A stretch of 64,000 nt of DNA from Squalus acanthias. Taxonomy: Eukaryota. The notes under the pieces were generated by a model. That model had not been told where the DNA came from, searched no databases, and saw only the letters and a program-made list of their open reading frames with translations. The position numbers were made by a program, and so were the translations under genes. Every line of letters begins with the position of its first letter. The first letter of the stretch is position 1. The stretch lies in assembly GCA_030390025.1 (NCBI GenBank), contig CM059432.1, positions 128,032,001-128,096,000 on the forward strand, in the 5' to 3' direction. This document shows positions 1 through 12,600 of this stretch, in pieces.

Positions 1-2610
1 TGTAGTAGCTTTGTATGTCAGACAACTGGAGGATAAGGAAATATATCTAGGAGTACATTATAAACTACCCAATGAGCTACCCTGGCTAGACACTTGGTGT
101 AAAGATAACTGATAATGCTACAGAACCAGTTCAGAACAATGAGAAGGGCAGTTTACTTTATGAAAAGATGAGAAGGGTACCTGTAAATAGGGAGTTTTAT
201 TAATGGGGAATTTCAGCCAAGCAAAAAGATTGCAAATGTTTAAGTACTTTATAACCCAAGCTTTTACATGTAATGCACAATTGCTCCATGATCTAGTGAA
301 TCGGGGGAGTTGTGAAGGGCAGCTTACAGTTTGATGATGTAGTGGTACGTGATCCAGATGTTATACAGAGAAAGAAGGTTGTGGTACCCAGGGTAATGGA
401 GATAACAAAACGATTAAGTGTGATATGATCTGGAATTAAACACTGCTGAGGATCAATAAAAACATTTTAAAATGCCAACTTAAAGATAATGAAGAAAGAG
501 TTTAAACAAATTGACTTGATGGGCGGGAGGGGGCTAGAGTTGATTAACACTTCAGTTGAGGACAAATGGGATAGTTTTAAAGGCAATGGCTGAGCATACA
601 GGACAAATAAGCACTAGCCAGTGCAAGCACCACCATAAGTGAATCAACAAGGTATTCTGAAGTGAAATGAAGAGAAACAAAGTTTGCAGGGAGAAAGGTA
701 AGGTGGGGAGTAGGGGGGGCTACGGAGAAGAATTCAGAAAGTTTGTTACAAGGACAGTCAGAGGAGCAGAGAGGAAACTCGAAATAAGCATAGCACCGGA
801 TGCTAAGCCATAAATAATAATTTCAATACAATAAGAGATCTGTTGGTGAAGAGTTTGAAAACCGGAAAGATTCTAATGGAGGTGAACAGAAGGATAGTTC
901 TTTTTCCACAAAAAGAGCAAACAATTACTTCCTTGAAGTTTTCACTAGGGATAGCACTAGATGGGTGATTCAGCATTCCGAGTGGGGAGCAATGCTCATA
1001 GGTAGCAAATCCTGGGAAATCAGGGTGCACAGCTCATAATTTTCTGTGCATTAATTTTAATGAGCCGAGAATCATAGGCTAGGAGCGCTCCGTTTCCTGA
1101 GATGTGTTGTCTTCTATGGGGATCATTTATTTGCGGAATCATCCCTTCGTCATATGAACTCCATATTGGAGATAATCTATACTATCTTAATGAGAGGCAT
1201 CAATAAAATGGAGGTCTTGCACAGACCGAAAATAAAACATCTAAAACCATCAGGGATGGACAATATTTATATTAACATGCTAAAAGAAACTGCACAAGAT
1301 TTGCAAAGTGATGACCATTATTATTAAGTTGTACATGCTAGTGACATCCTGCACCCATATTCACAAAAGGTGATGAACAGATCCAGTCAACTACAGACCC
1401 ATTGGCCATACATCAATAACTTTGATCAATAATAATGGAATTGATTATTAGTAGCAAACCTCGTAAATAGCACCCAACAGAGTTTCAAAAAGGGAAGATC
1501 TTGCCTGCACTACTACCTTCTTGATGTATTTTTTGATGTTTTTCCCCTAGCAACTGCAAAATGTTATGACATGACATACCAAGACTTACAGAAAGCCTTT
1601 TAATGAGGTTTTTCACTAAACGATACTAAGATTAAATAAGTGGAAATTTAAGGTATGGACAGGAAATTGACTGACGCAGCAGGCACTTGTTGGAGGAGAG
1701 ATGTTAAGGTGGGGAAATACTGAATGGAGTGCCCTAGGGTTGGGATCTTTTAATTTCAATCATTAACTTTGATTAAGAAACTCAATGTAGATGATGCCAA
1801 ACTAAAGGCGGGGACTTGTCAAGTTTGATGAGACACCCAAAGACCTATAAAAGGAATAAGATATATTATGTAACTAGGCAAAACAGTATTAAATCAAATT
1901 GAGCACATATAAGTGTATGGCATTGTGCTTTAGAAGAAAAATGAGTGACATATGTACTCTAGGAATAATGTCAAACTAGCGTAAGTGAAAGAAATCTAAG
2001 GATGTTGGTAAATTGAGCACTTAACTTATCCAGGCACTGTTGAACAGCAATCAGCAAAGTAAATGGAATGCTGCATTGTATTGCCAAATCAGTAGAATAT
2101 AATTGGAAGGATTAATTGCTGAAACTATATAATGTTCTGATCAGTCTGTACAGTGAGTAATGTCTTCAGGTTTGATCACAAGAAAAGCATTTAAGTCCTA
2201 GAAGCAATAGAAAAGAGCCACAAGGCCAATCCCTTTAATGTAACAGGATCAAATTATGAGACCAGATTAGAGAAACTTGGCCTCTTCAGCCTGGAAACTA
2301 AGTGACTTGAGAGGGGACCTTGGAGATGTACAATATGTAACAGTATAGACAGGTAATTCTGGAGTACAACTTGGATATAAGCTATGAAAGTGGGACAAGG
2401 GGAGTGCAGGTTGAAACTGGTGAAAGGCAAATGTAGGACAGTCAGGAAGGTCTTCATGAAGAATGATGAATACTTGGGAAAGACTTCTGGGTAAGATGGT
2501 GGAGGCAAAAACCGTGGAGTCATTTTAGAGACAGTTGAGCACTGCAATTTTTTTGGATGGATGAGCTAAGATGACCCAAATGACCTTCCTCATCCATATT
2601 TATCTGTACT
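1..2610 (+). mobile_element. Highly degenerate CR1-type LINE relic (ORF2 remnants), approximate boundaries
   Basis: Decayed CR1-like motifs: NNYFLEVFTRD (~921-951), 'aactacagacccattggcc' (NYRP, ~1389), 'cagaaagccttt' (QKAF), 'gagaaacttggcctcttcagcctgga' (EKLGLFSL, ~2270). Many stops and frameshifts. Confidence 0.6.
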
Positions 2611-2728
2611 GCAGGAAAGACCATTCTTTTTTGGAATAAAGTTGATTATTTTTCTAGACTAAATGTAATGTTTAATATGACGCTAAATAATTTTGGCAGT
2701 TTCAATAAACACTTGTTTTTTTTTACAG

Positions 2729-2778
2729 GACCTGAAGAAGCCTTTTGACAAGGCATGGAAGGATTATGAAACAAAATT
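2729..2778 (+). CDS. ASAP1: ASAP1 coding exon (BAR domain), DLKKPFDKAWKDYETK+F(split)
   Basis: Poly-T tract, acceptor tttacag|GAC and donor TT|gtaggt. 50 nt, phase 0 to 2. Peptide matches vertebrate ASAP1 as I recall it. Confidence 0.95.
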
Positions 2779-3196
2779 GTAGGTACTTTTGTTCTATGGC
2801 GGGGAAACTTGAAGAGTTAAAATTATTTGCTAGATTCTTCAAGTTAAAACTTATTATACTGTTTGGAAAATTGGTTAGTCAGGCAAATATTAATTGGCTG
2901 TGTCACTTAAGTAAAATTGAGCCAGTAGTTAGATATTTTATTTGCTGAATGAATTACATGAGATGGTCATTTCCCAGATATTATATGTTAATAGGTTTTG
3001 AAACTGAGGTGTATGGTCTCTAGGGGGTCCTCAAGGTCATTAGACTTCTGTTTATTTCAGTCTGTGTATTCTGTGCGCTGCAGGCACGATGGGTGTTAAA
3101 TTAGGACACGTAGCCCCAAAAGGCCCCACCCTCGAGACCTGATTGTTTCCCACCCCCGAGGTCCGATCAAAATCCCACCCTGGCCACTGATCACTT

Positions 3197-3221
3197 CCCC
3201 CCCCCCCCCCCCCCCCCCCCC
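3197..3221. repeat. Poly-C homopolymer (~25 nt)
   Basis: Directly visible. Confidence 0.9.
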
Positions 3222-3766
3222 ACCATGAGGCCAGATTGTAATCCAACCCCTGGCCACGGATTACTTACCTGTGAGCTGCTGTGGCCCAAACTTCCAGCAA
3301 CTTGCGTGGGCTCCTCCAGCAGCGCTGTGTCTCTGTCAATTAATTACAATATCAAGGGCTCCTTGGACCTCAGCATTTGTGGGCACTACCCTGTGTGGGG
3401 GTGGGGGGTGCTCCTGAATTTGTAGCAGATCATCTTGATTATTGTGTAGTCTGTAGTTTTTCCTGTATTTGTTGACTTATCTGCATTATTTCTCTTGCTG
3501 TATGGTAATTTAAAAAAACCTGTAAGGTGGCACTATTCTTCTTTTGGGTAGCTTGCACTGTCTTTTGCAAAGTTGGAACAGGGTGTCACCTGGAAAGTGT
3601 TGATTATTTGCAAGAGGCTCCACCCCTACAGAAATGTTTGAAAACATTGATAAAGATCAAGTATTCCTTTACTGTCAGGACTGCCTTAATGTTGTACAAA
3701 CTTGTCTTTTGAAAAGATAATTCATGGAAACAGAAGTTCTGCATAGATTTTTCACAATTTTTTATG

Positions 3767-3935
3767 GGTGTGAATTTCAGTGGGGGTTTTACTGCTCATC
3801 TGACGTTACTTTGGTGAAAGAGTCGCAGAAAAAATGACGCACACGGCGTTTTATACAGTTTTTCCAGGGTTTCTGCAGCTCTTCCACCAAAGGTACAGCA
3901 GACAAATGGGAGAAGCACGATGGAAATTTACCCCC
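3767..3935. mobile_element. Short MITE-like element with imperfect GGG...AATTT termini (Harbinger-like)
   Basis: gggtgtgaatttc at the left end and gaaatttacccc at the right end. Confidence 0.4.
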
Positions 3936-4039
3936 TATGTATTCACGCCCCTTCCTATCTCTGTAACCCACTATAACCCTCAGTGATTGCTGTGCTCCTA
4001 CAATTCTGGCCCCTTCTGCATCCCTGATTTTCATCACTC

Positions 4040-4379
4040 AGCTTTTGACACGTTAGAACCCCTGCGACTACACCTCATTGTCTCAGTTGTATCTTGCTAT
4101 GTCTTTGATGTGGTACCTTCCTGGCTGACTTAATTAACTTTATCACACCTCGGCAGATAGTCAGGATGATTTAATTTAGTGGTCTGCAATTGTAAGGTAC
4201 ACATGCTTTGTTTTCTATCTATATATGCTTTGGCGATTCTGTATCTAATTTACTTCACCTGAGGAAGGAGCAATCGATAGCTCCGAAAGCTTGTGATTTC
4301 AAATAAAACTGTTGGACTATAACCTGGTGTTGTGCGACCTCTCAATTTTGTCCACCCCAGTCCAACACCGGCATCTCCG
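4040..4379 (+). mobile_element. Penelope-like element 3' fragment with 11-bp TSD (tttcatcactc)
   Basis: tttcatcactc at 4029-4039 and 4380-4390. Same terminal sequence family as 15086-15282. Contains a hammerhead motif. Confidence 0.7.
4255..4296 (+). ncRNA. Minimal type I hammerhead ribozyme motif (Penelope-associated)
   Basis: TCAC-CTGAGGA-A-GGAGC(aatcgata)GCTCC-GAAA-GC-TT-GTGA: catalytic core CUGAnGA/GAAA, 5-bp stem II, palindromic AAGCTT stem III, stem I TCAC/GTGA. Confidence 0.7.
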
Positions 4380-5833
4380 TTTCATCACTCCACCATTGAT
4401 AACCGTGCTTTCAGTTGCCTTGGCGCTAAACTCTGGAATTCCCTCCCTAAACCCCTCTGTCTCTCTACTGCGCTCTCCTCTTTTAAAGATGCTCCTTAAA
4501 ACCTACCTCTTTGACCAAGCTTTTGGTCATTTGTCCTAATCTCTCTATGTGGCTCGGTGTCAAATTTTGTCTGATAACGCTCCTGTGAAACGCCGTGGGA
4601 CATTTTTACTATGTTAAAGGCGCTATATAAATGCAAGTTGTTATATTACTACTTGATTTCCCATGGCATTGCAGATGTTAAGTTGGCCATTCTCTTAACT
4701 GTTTCTGACGTCTTTGTGTGGCTGATTCTCTCTGACTCTCCTCTTCAACTTCTGGCTCTTGCTTTCTCTTCTCTGCTGCTTCTGTCCCCTTAACTGTATT
4801 TTGCTTCTCCCTCCTGGCTGGAAGGTTGGTATGCCTTATGACACGGTGTGGTAGGGAATGGAGCCAGCAATGGCTCCAGGTTTCATTTGAGGTGGAAGTT
4901 GTGGTAAAATATAGCCCTCAGCAGTTCTCTTCCCATCCCACCCCACCCTTCATCTTCCCACTACCCATTCCCTTCTTGCCACCCCCTGAATAGCATCACT
5001 ATCCAAAACTCTTCCTCTTCAAATTACCCACTCAACTCCCCTCCCTTGTTCCACTGTCACTCACCTTAACTTTAACCCGCTCTTCATTTGCTTCCTCCAG
5101 GGCGCCAAGAGGCCAAAGCCCCTTACTGTTGATCAATTTATCTCTTCCTTTCCCCTTCCTACTTCTCCTTTCCTCTCTTCCTTCAAAGAGGCATTGTTTG
5201 CTTTCAAAATTCAATTTGTTTTAAAAAGAAATCAAATTAGAATGAGGGGAAAAAAAATTGTTGGGCTGCTTCTCTCTGTCTCTCTCTGTTTAATACACTT
5301 CATAAATTATACAGAAAAACAAAACATTTATTCTCATTCTCTGACGAACACATGCACACAAAAAGCATTTTGAGCGACTTATGGGAACCCGGTGGCTAGA
5401 TAATGCGATCTCAGAATAATATACCTTAACTATAAAATAGCAGCTATTATGTGTCAAGTAATTATATAACATGTAACATTAAAAATAATAATGATCAGTG
5501 CCACCTACAAGATTAACAGGTACTGCAATACATGGAGTTTTCAATGAAATACACATGCTAAATAGTAAATGTTATATATAATAGATATATTTAAATATAT
5601 AAAATGAAGGTCAGTAGTGCCCTACTATACAGATGTCTCAAACTATGTATATTGTTTTTTTACTTGTGATAGATTTTATTTAAAATAAAACTATTACCTA
5701 ACCTTTACTGAAACATCGTTAACATAATTTCCCAAGGAAGCTAGACGTACTGAATAGTGGTTTGTTGGAAATTTTCTTACACTGGCATATGCTAGAAATT
5801 GGGGGAAAAAAAATCTGTGAATTCTGTTGACAG

Positions 5834-5963
5834 TGCTAAAATTGAAAAGGAGAAACGAGAACATGCAAAGCAACATGGGATGATTCGGACTGAAATTACA
5901 GGAGCTGAAATAGCAGAAGAAATGGAAAAAGAGCGACGGGTCTTTCAGCTCCAGATGTGCGAG
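5834..5963 (+). CDS. ASAP1: ASAP1 coding exon (BAR domain), AKIEKEKREHAKQHGMIRTEITGAEIAEEMEKERRVFQLQMCE
   Basis: gacag|T acceptor and GAG|gttaga donor. 130 nt, phase 2 to 0, in frame with the flanking exons. Confidence 0.95.
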
Positions 5964-7738
5964 GTTAGATCTGTCTCGAATACATGAAACATCTTCTGTG
6001 CATGATTTTTGTCAAGTTTTTATGTCAACGTTTTATAATGCAAAAGCATTGCCAACATTTTTAGAATGAGAAAGACCTATGTGTTTAACCTGCTGTAGTT
6101 TCAGGCCTCCTGCCACTAGGTAGTGCTGTGGCATGAGTTGTCCAGGACTGCTGGTTTTTATTTTTCACCTGATTTTGAGTTTTTTTGCTTGCTTGTTGGC
6201 TATTTCAACGTTTTTCATGGTTTTCCTTCAGTAGTGGGGCACCTGGGAGCCCCTTGCCTTTTTGCGGGCCTCCTCCTACCTACCCAATCCATTTGTGGCT
6301 GTCTGATTTTGGGCCTCGGGCCACAAGCTACTGATCCCACCCACCCTATTTATTTTCCTCATTACTGCAGTGAGTGGCCTCGAGCCTGGCTCTTGTGCCT
6401 ACCTGCCTGACCTGTTTCTGGCCAATGTGTTAAGTTAGCAAACCCAGAAGCCAGCCTGTGTTCCAAGGCAAATTTGTTCCACTTTCCATGCCTGGCTGGA
6501 TGTCTCCCCGATCCGTTAACTGGAAGGCTCCCTGGCAATTTGTCATTGCTCCCCACCAAAAAAAACACAGAGAAAGATACAAAAGAGGGAAGAAAAAAAA
6601 AGAGAAGCAGAAGAGGGCAGAAAAAGGTATAATCACAAGACTGAGAGAAACAGCACAACATAAAACTGTAAACCTAAACCAAAAAAGGGAGAAAAATACA
6701 AAACAAAGAGACAGAAAGGAAGTAGCATGAAACAAAAATATAGAAGCACAAACAGTGACATGAAAATAACAGACAGTTAAGAGAAAGATTCAACCATGGG
6801 AGATTTTCTACCATGTGTATGAGAATAAATATTAGAAATCTTGATTATCGCCTGCTGGTATTTATTATCTAGAGGCTCACACATGAGGAATGGTCGGTCA
6901 CCTGTGTGAGGTATGGAAGACCTACAGCTGCCTGTTGAATCATTCCCCCAAATAGGGAAATCTGCTTTATACTTGCACTCACTTTATGGCTCACCTTAGC
7001 AAATGGAGGAAAATGGACACCTAGTGGCAGCTAATTCCCAGCATGGAGAATTAATTGGCATAAACCCATACCCTATCATTTTGCAGCACATCATTTTGGA
7101 GCTTGTGTGCTGCATCACTGCTGGTGCTTCTATTTTTTTAAAAGGTTACATCAGCTTAGAAAATCCTAATGAGAGATACTGTGGGAACTGAATACACTGG
7201 TTGAGAGTGCATCTTTGAGGCAGCTCTCTGTTTGTTTTGAGCATCTCATCCAAGGGCTGGAACATGTCTTTCTGATTGGATAGAAGCATTTTGATTTTTT
7301 TTTAAAAACATACTAAACAATGTCGTGTTTTGTTTTAAGCACTGCAATTCTAACCTTTTTAAAGTTTTTTTTCTTCAATGCTTGTAATGTTCAACATATT
7401 TTTTGATAATTTAATTATTTCATTAGTTAATGAAGTCAGTGCTGTCCTGTAAATCATTTATTCCTGCAAGACACTTAAGTAATTGTGATGTGAATGTTAC
7501 TACTGTGCTAATGAAATGTACAATGCTATGCCATGTTCTTTTCATTTGGCACAAAGTTAATTTTAACTGAAACCCTGAACATCAGCTCCTTATTGGTACA
7601 ATGCACGTGAAATTGTTTGAAAAACAACTGCAATAATTAATAGTTTGCGTTGCAGCTGGTGAGAAGAATTACTTGTAGATGTTTTCATAATTAAGAACAT
7701 TGCACTGATATTTTCTTTATTTGTCTTTCCTTGGCTAG

Positions 7739-7824
7739 TATCTCATTAAAGTGAATGAAATCAAGACAAAAAAGGGCGTAGATCTGCTCCAGAATCTCAT
7801 CAAATATTACCATGCACAGTGCAA
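7739..7824 (+). CDS. ASAP1: ASAP1 coding exon, YLIKVNEIKTKKGVDLLQNLIKYYHAQC+N(split)
   Basis: Pyrimidine tract, ctag|TAT acceptor and AA|gtaagt donor. 86 nt. Confidence 0.95.
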
Positions 7825-8908
7825 GTAAGTTTATTTTTTTAATTAGCTAGTCTCTTTATTTTTTAGCCTTGTACACTGTGGACCAGTAATCTTATCCAGG
7901 TATAATCGGCCTACTGGGTGATGAACTGATCCAGTGCTAGTGTTTGAGTATTTGATGCAAGGCATTTGCTCCTATCTCCAGGGACCCAGGAAGTAGAGGA
8001 AAACAAGTTAGCAAAATATTCCATTTTTTTTTAAGATTATAGAACTAGAACAGGTTATATATTACCTACAAAAAATCAAGTTAATTTTAAATTGTGAAAC
8101 TGGAAGGTCAAGATTGATAGTGTATCAAGGTTGAAAAGATTAAAGAAAAGCTAAGAAAAATCAGGAAGCAGTGACTAAGTGATGCCAAGCTTTGATTTTA
8201 GGAAGCTGACGCTTATAGTATGAAGGAATAGCTGAAGGATGGTAGAGTTTCACAGTTTTGAGTCCCTGGGAAGAAATAAACTAAGAGTAGGAGACTCTGA
8301 GTGAGTCTCGTTTCAGGCATAATGAGATATTGGGAGGAGGAAGGGCATGGTATGTTTGAAGGAACAAAATAGGAAAGTACTGAGCAGCACTTGTACAAGC
8401 GCTTTTCATGGTGATGTGCAAAAGTTTTTTGTGTTAAAAAACCTTAATTAAATCCTGTATAATCCTGTATCTAATTAAAAAAAAAGATATGCTATCAATT
8501 AAATAATGACAAAAAAGACTGCAAGAGGTTGAACAGAACTCGCAAGAGTAATCCAACTCTTTGACTTCAGTACACTGCTTTTATATTCTCAAGTCCCTGC
8601 TGGTGGTCGTAGCTTCTGACACATTCATCTCGCACAGCTAGCTGCATCTCCAAAGTGAATTTGCGAGGGCTGGTACCTGGAAAGACATGGTAAAAGAGGG
8701 TCATTCTTACTACAGCCGGCCTTACTGAATCACAGAAGTTTACTTTTTAGTTGTAGCTGGCTGAGAGAGACCTGGACGCCGGGAGCAGGTGCCACTAGCA
8801 TGGCTTTTGGCATACAATAAAAGTAATCCTTGACTGGTCAAGGTGTGGCATTGGGGTCGATTGAGCCATTTAGTTGTTACGAGCCACAGAAATCTCCACA
8901 AAGTGTGG

Positions 8909-9585
8909 AAAGAAAGACTTACGTTTATATAGTGCTTTACACGAACTCAGGACATCCCAAAGTGCTTAAGAACATAAGAAATACGAGCAGGAGTAGGCTG
9001 TATGGCTCCTCGAGCCTGTTGCGCCATTCAATAAGATCTTGGGTGATCTTCAACCTCTACTCCACTTTCCCATCCGATCTCCATATCTTTTGATTCCTCT
9101 AGAGTCCAAAAATCTATCTGTCTCAGCTTTGAATATACTCAATGACTCTGCATCCACAGCCCTCTAGGGCAGAGAAATCCAAAGATTTGCAACCCTCTGA
9201 GTGAAGAAATTCCTCCTCATCTCAGTCTTAAATGGCCTACCCCTTATCCTGAGACTATACCCCCAGTTCTAGACACTCCAGCCAGGGGAAACAAACTCTC
9301 AGCATCTACCCTGTCAATCCCCTTCAGAATCTTGTATGTTTCAATGAGATCACCTCTCATTCTTCTAAACTCCAGAGAGTATAGGCCCATTCTACACAAT
9401 CTCTCATCATAGGACAGCCCTCTCATCCCAGGAATCAATCTAGAGAACCTTCGTTGCACCTCCTCCAAGGCAAGTATATCCTTCCTTAGATAAGGAGACC
9501 AAAACTGTGCACAGTACTTCACAGCCAGTTAAGTACTTTTGAAGAGTAGTCACTGTTGTAATGTAGGAAACATGCAGCAGTACAT
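8909..9585 (-). mobile_element. DeuSINE 3' portion split by a CR1 3' fragment (CR1 ~8968-9517, - strand)
   Basis: ORF 9244-9522(-) YCAQFWSPYLRKDILALEEVQRRF is a CR1 ORF2 C-terminus. The flanks 8909-8967 and 9518-9585 join into the SINE tail seen at 32325-32420. Confidence 0.75.
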
Positions 9586-10126
9586 TTCTAAAGGAAAAAA
9601 TCAGAATGAAAAAGACTAAAGCTTCCCTATAAGCTTTATTTTTGTGTAAATATTTGTTTGTGAAAATTGTGTTCATTTGTAATCTGTGATACTGAAATAA
9701 TTTGCGTAGACATGTAGAAGCCATATGACATTAGTTACAAAGAAATTGTGCTGTTGTAGATTCTGAACATTGCTTTAAAATAGTCCAAATTGAACTGCGG
9801 CTGCTACTAAAAGGCGAGAAGCATCCAAACTGTTAAGACAAATTTTCTGACAATGTTATGTATATGAATGTTATAAAACTGTCTTACAATTTTTGAAATT
9901 GCTTTGATTTCTAATCCTGTAATTACTACTTCTTGTTTTTGGGTTAATCTCTGTTTCTTTACCTGAAGCATTATATGAAACAAGATTTTTTTTGAAATTG
10001 GGAGGAAGAGTTAAGAAACTTGCATTTTACAAATGACGTGAAAATAGAAAGACTTACCCAGGCCTGCAGTGATTTCAACACGATCACTGATCCATTCAAT
10101 ACTGATTCTCAAATGCAATTTTTCAG

Positions 10127-10202
10127 TTTCTTTCAGGATGGCTTAAAAACAGCAGATAAGCTGAAACAGTACATTGAGAAACTGGCTGCTGATTTATACA
10201 AT
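10127..10202 (+). CDS. ASAP1: ASAP1 coding exon, FFQDGLKTADKLKQYIEKLAADLYN
   Basis: tttcag|T acceptor and AAT|gtaagt donor. 76 nt, phase 2 to 0. Confidence 0.95.
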
Positions 10203-10779
10203 GTAAGTAATTTAATTACAGCCTAAAGTTTATCGTAGAATAACAGTTGAATGTGTTATTGTTCAATTACCTTACTGCTTTTTACATTACTGCATTTGAT
10301 TTACCCAGTTAGTAATAAATTGTCTGAATATGTCTGAATCAAGTTTGATTTCAACGCTAAATTCTTTTTTGCCATAGTGTAGATCACAGTGACAACCTAA
10401 CAACATCATTAAGCTTTCTGTAAGAGAAAAAGTAAGGTATTGGTTGAGATACACTCCTTGAGGGACTCCCTTAAGGACTATGTTAGTGCAGTATCCTCAG
10501 TCAATGAAAATATGTTACAGCATCTAAACTGTTTTAATGAAGTCGTCACATCATTTGTCCATGCAGAATGGTCCCACAAGACTTCAATTGTAGTACCAGA
10601 TTAGATACCTTTCGATGCCAGAGCAGTGTTGACATTACTTGTAGCCTCTGTTGAGTTGTTGCTCTTGGATACTTTGCAGAAGAGCAAAGAGACTTTGCCA
10701 GTGCTTCTAAAGAAGAGGAGGAGCGGAAGGAAGACCAACATGTGTGAATAAGGGTTTAAACCAGAAATTACCTTAATAC

Positions 10780-12600
10780 TAGTTCTGCAAGCATCTCATT
10801 AGATAATTGCTAGGGTTGCTTCTCCATTAGGCGTCCTGCCATATACAAGCCTTACATTGGAAACAGGCCAAAGCGGTGTCCATTACAAACACAGGCAACT
10901 ACAGACTATTAGTCTGACTTCAATTCTGTACAAACGAATGGAATCAATTATCGGAGGTGAACTTGAGGATTGCCTTGTACAATAATAAAATAACCTAGTA
11001 AATAGCAGTGAACATGGGTTTAACTTCCTTGACTTGAGGAAGTGACATCCCCAGTAGACTGGAAACTACACTTTGTTGTACCTAGGCTTCCAAAATGCAT
11101 GTGACAAAGTTCCACATGAAAGACTATTATTTACCTCAAAGCTGTGGGGATTCAGGGGAAATCTTGGGATAAGAAATTGGCTGAAGGATTGAAAATAATG
11201 GGCACTTTTAGAGGTGTATGTCTGGATTAGGGAAGTACTAAATGGTGTTGGGGCTATTACGGTTTCTAATTTACTTCAGTGGTTCAGAAACTCAAATTTT
11301 TAAAAACTCAAAACTAGGATGGGCAATGGAATCAGAGGAGGCAGCACAAAACTATAAAAAGGGTTAGAAAGAAAGAGAAATAACTTGCATTGGAACAATA
11401 CAAAGCATTTCACTGCCAGTGAAGTACTTTTGAAGTGTTGTCGCTGTTGGACAAAATTTGTAAGTGGGCAGAACAATGGCAGATGAAATTTAATGCAGAC
11501 AAGTGTAAGAAGAGGAACAAGAATGAGGCTAAATATAAAGAGGGTGACCTTTTTAAGGAAAGTTTAGAGAAGTCCAAGCTTTACAGTTTAGAGATAAAGT
11601 TAAGGGCAAAACCTTTTTTGAGGTATACAAAGTATCAAATGATTACAGGTAAGGTGAACCTGGTGAAGTGAGTCCAGAATATGAGTTTGTTAGTTAGGCC
11701 AGTAGACCAAGCAGGCATAAATTTTAAGTTAGTAAAAAAAAAATTAAAACAGATGTCGGGGGGAAAACAAGTACTTTACTTGAAGAGTAATAGATATTTG
11801 GAATGATGTACCAGGTAAGTTAATGGAATCAACAATGTTATGGGAGTTTAAAATGCAGTTAGATGCTAAGCTATTGAAATAAGCTGAATGGGCTTTTTTT
11901 ATTCTTGACTTTGACTTAGGAACACAGGTCTGTAAAGGACTGAAGATCATTTTGATTCATCTGGCCAGCCCTGGAGTTCTAAAACAGAATACACAATTTG
12001 CTACCTACATCCTTTAATTGATTTTCTCACCAAATGCCTGTCTAATTCCTTTTTTAAATTACTGGTGTTGTCATCCTCAATCAGTTCCTGGGTAGTCCAT
12101 TCCAAACGTTGACCATCCTCAGCATAAAATCTGATCTGGTAATTCATCTTTTCCTCTTATGTGCTTCATCCCTTGCCCCTTTGCCATTCTTGGGGCCATG
12201 GTAAATAGGTTTTCAGGGTTCGACTTGTCAATACCTTTAAAGATCTTGAATACCTTACAGTCTTCTCTAGTGTCAAAAAAAACTCAGCTTCAGCAGTCTC
12301 TTGTAGTTCAGGTTTTTGATGCCAGATATCAGAAGGGTAGCCCTTCGCTGTGTCATGATGAACTTCCTGTAATATGACAATTAAAACAACACGCACGACT
12401 CCAGATGAATGACAACTCATGGGCTCAGCGTCACATCCTGTGATTTGTGTTTTATTCCATGCACTATACAATCCAAGTTACTATTTGCCTTATTTACTGC
12501 TGTTCAGCTAAATCCATAAGCGTTGTATTCTTATGTTCTTAATTGATCTAATTTCCATTTCTACTAATCATATTTTGGGTGGTTCTAATTACCAGCCCCT
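10780..12600. mobile_element. Two old degenerate CR1 fragments (+ ~10780-11900; - ~11930-12600)
   Basis: ggcaactacagactattagtctgac (GNYRxxSL), WAEQWQMKFNADKCK, and reverse-strand CR1 C-terminal remnants. Confidence 0.55.

Larger units (their letters stand above)
3940..4640 (+). mobile_element. L2-clade LINE 3' fragment interrupted by a Penelope-type insertion
   Basis: 'LWNSLP...FKxLLKTYLFDQAF'-type C-terminus and tail aaaggcgctatataaatgcaagttgtt. Resembles the L2 copy at 15424-16228. Confidence 0.7.

Noticed and set aside
950..1200. Non-CR1-looking stretch inside the first CR1 relic, possibly viral
   Set aside because: Too short and no recognisable motif in any frame.
10131..10136. Second tttcag acceptor 10 nt downstream of the real one
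   Set aside because: It would shift the frame and remove the conserved FFQ residues.
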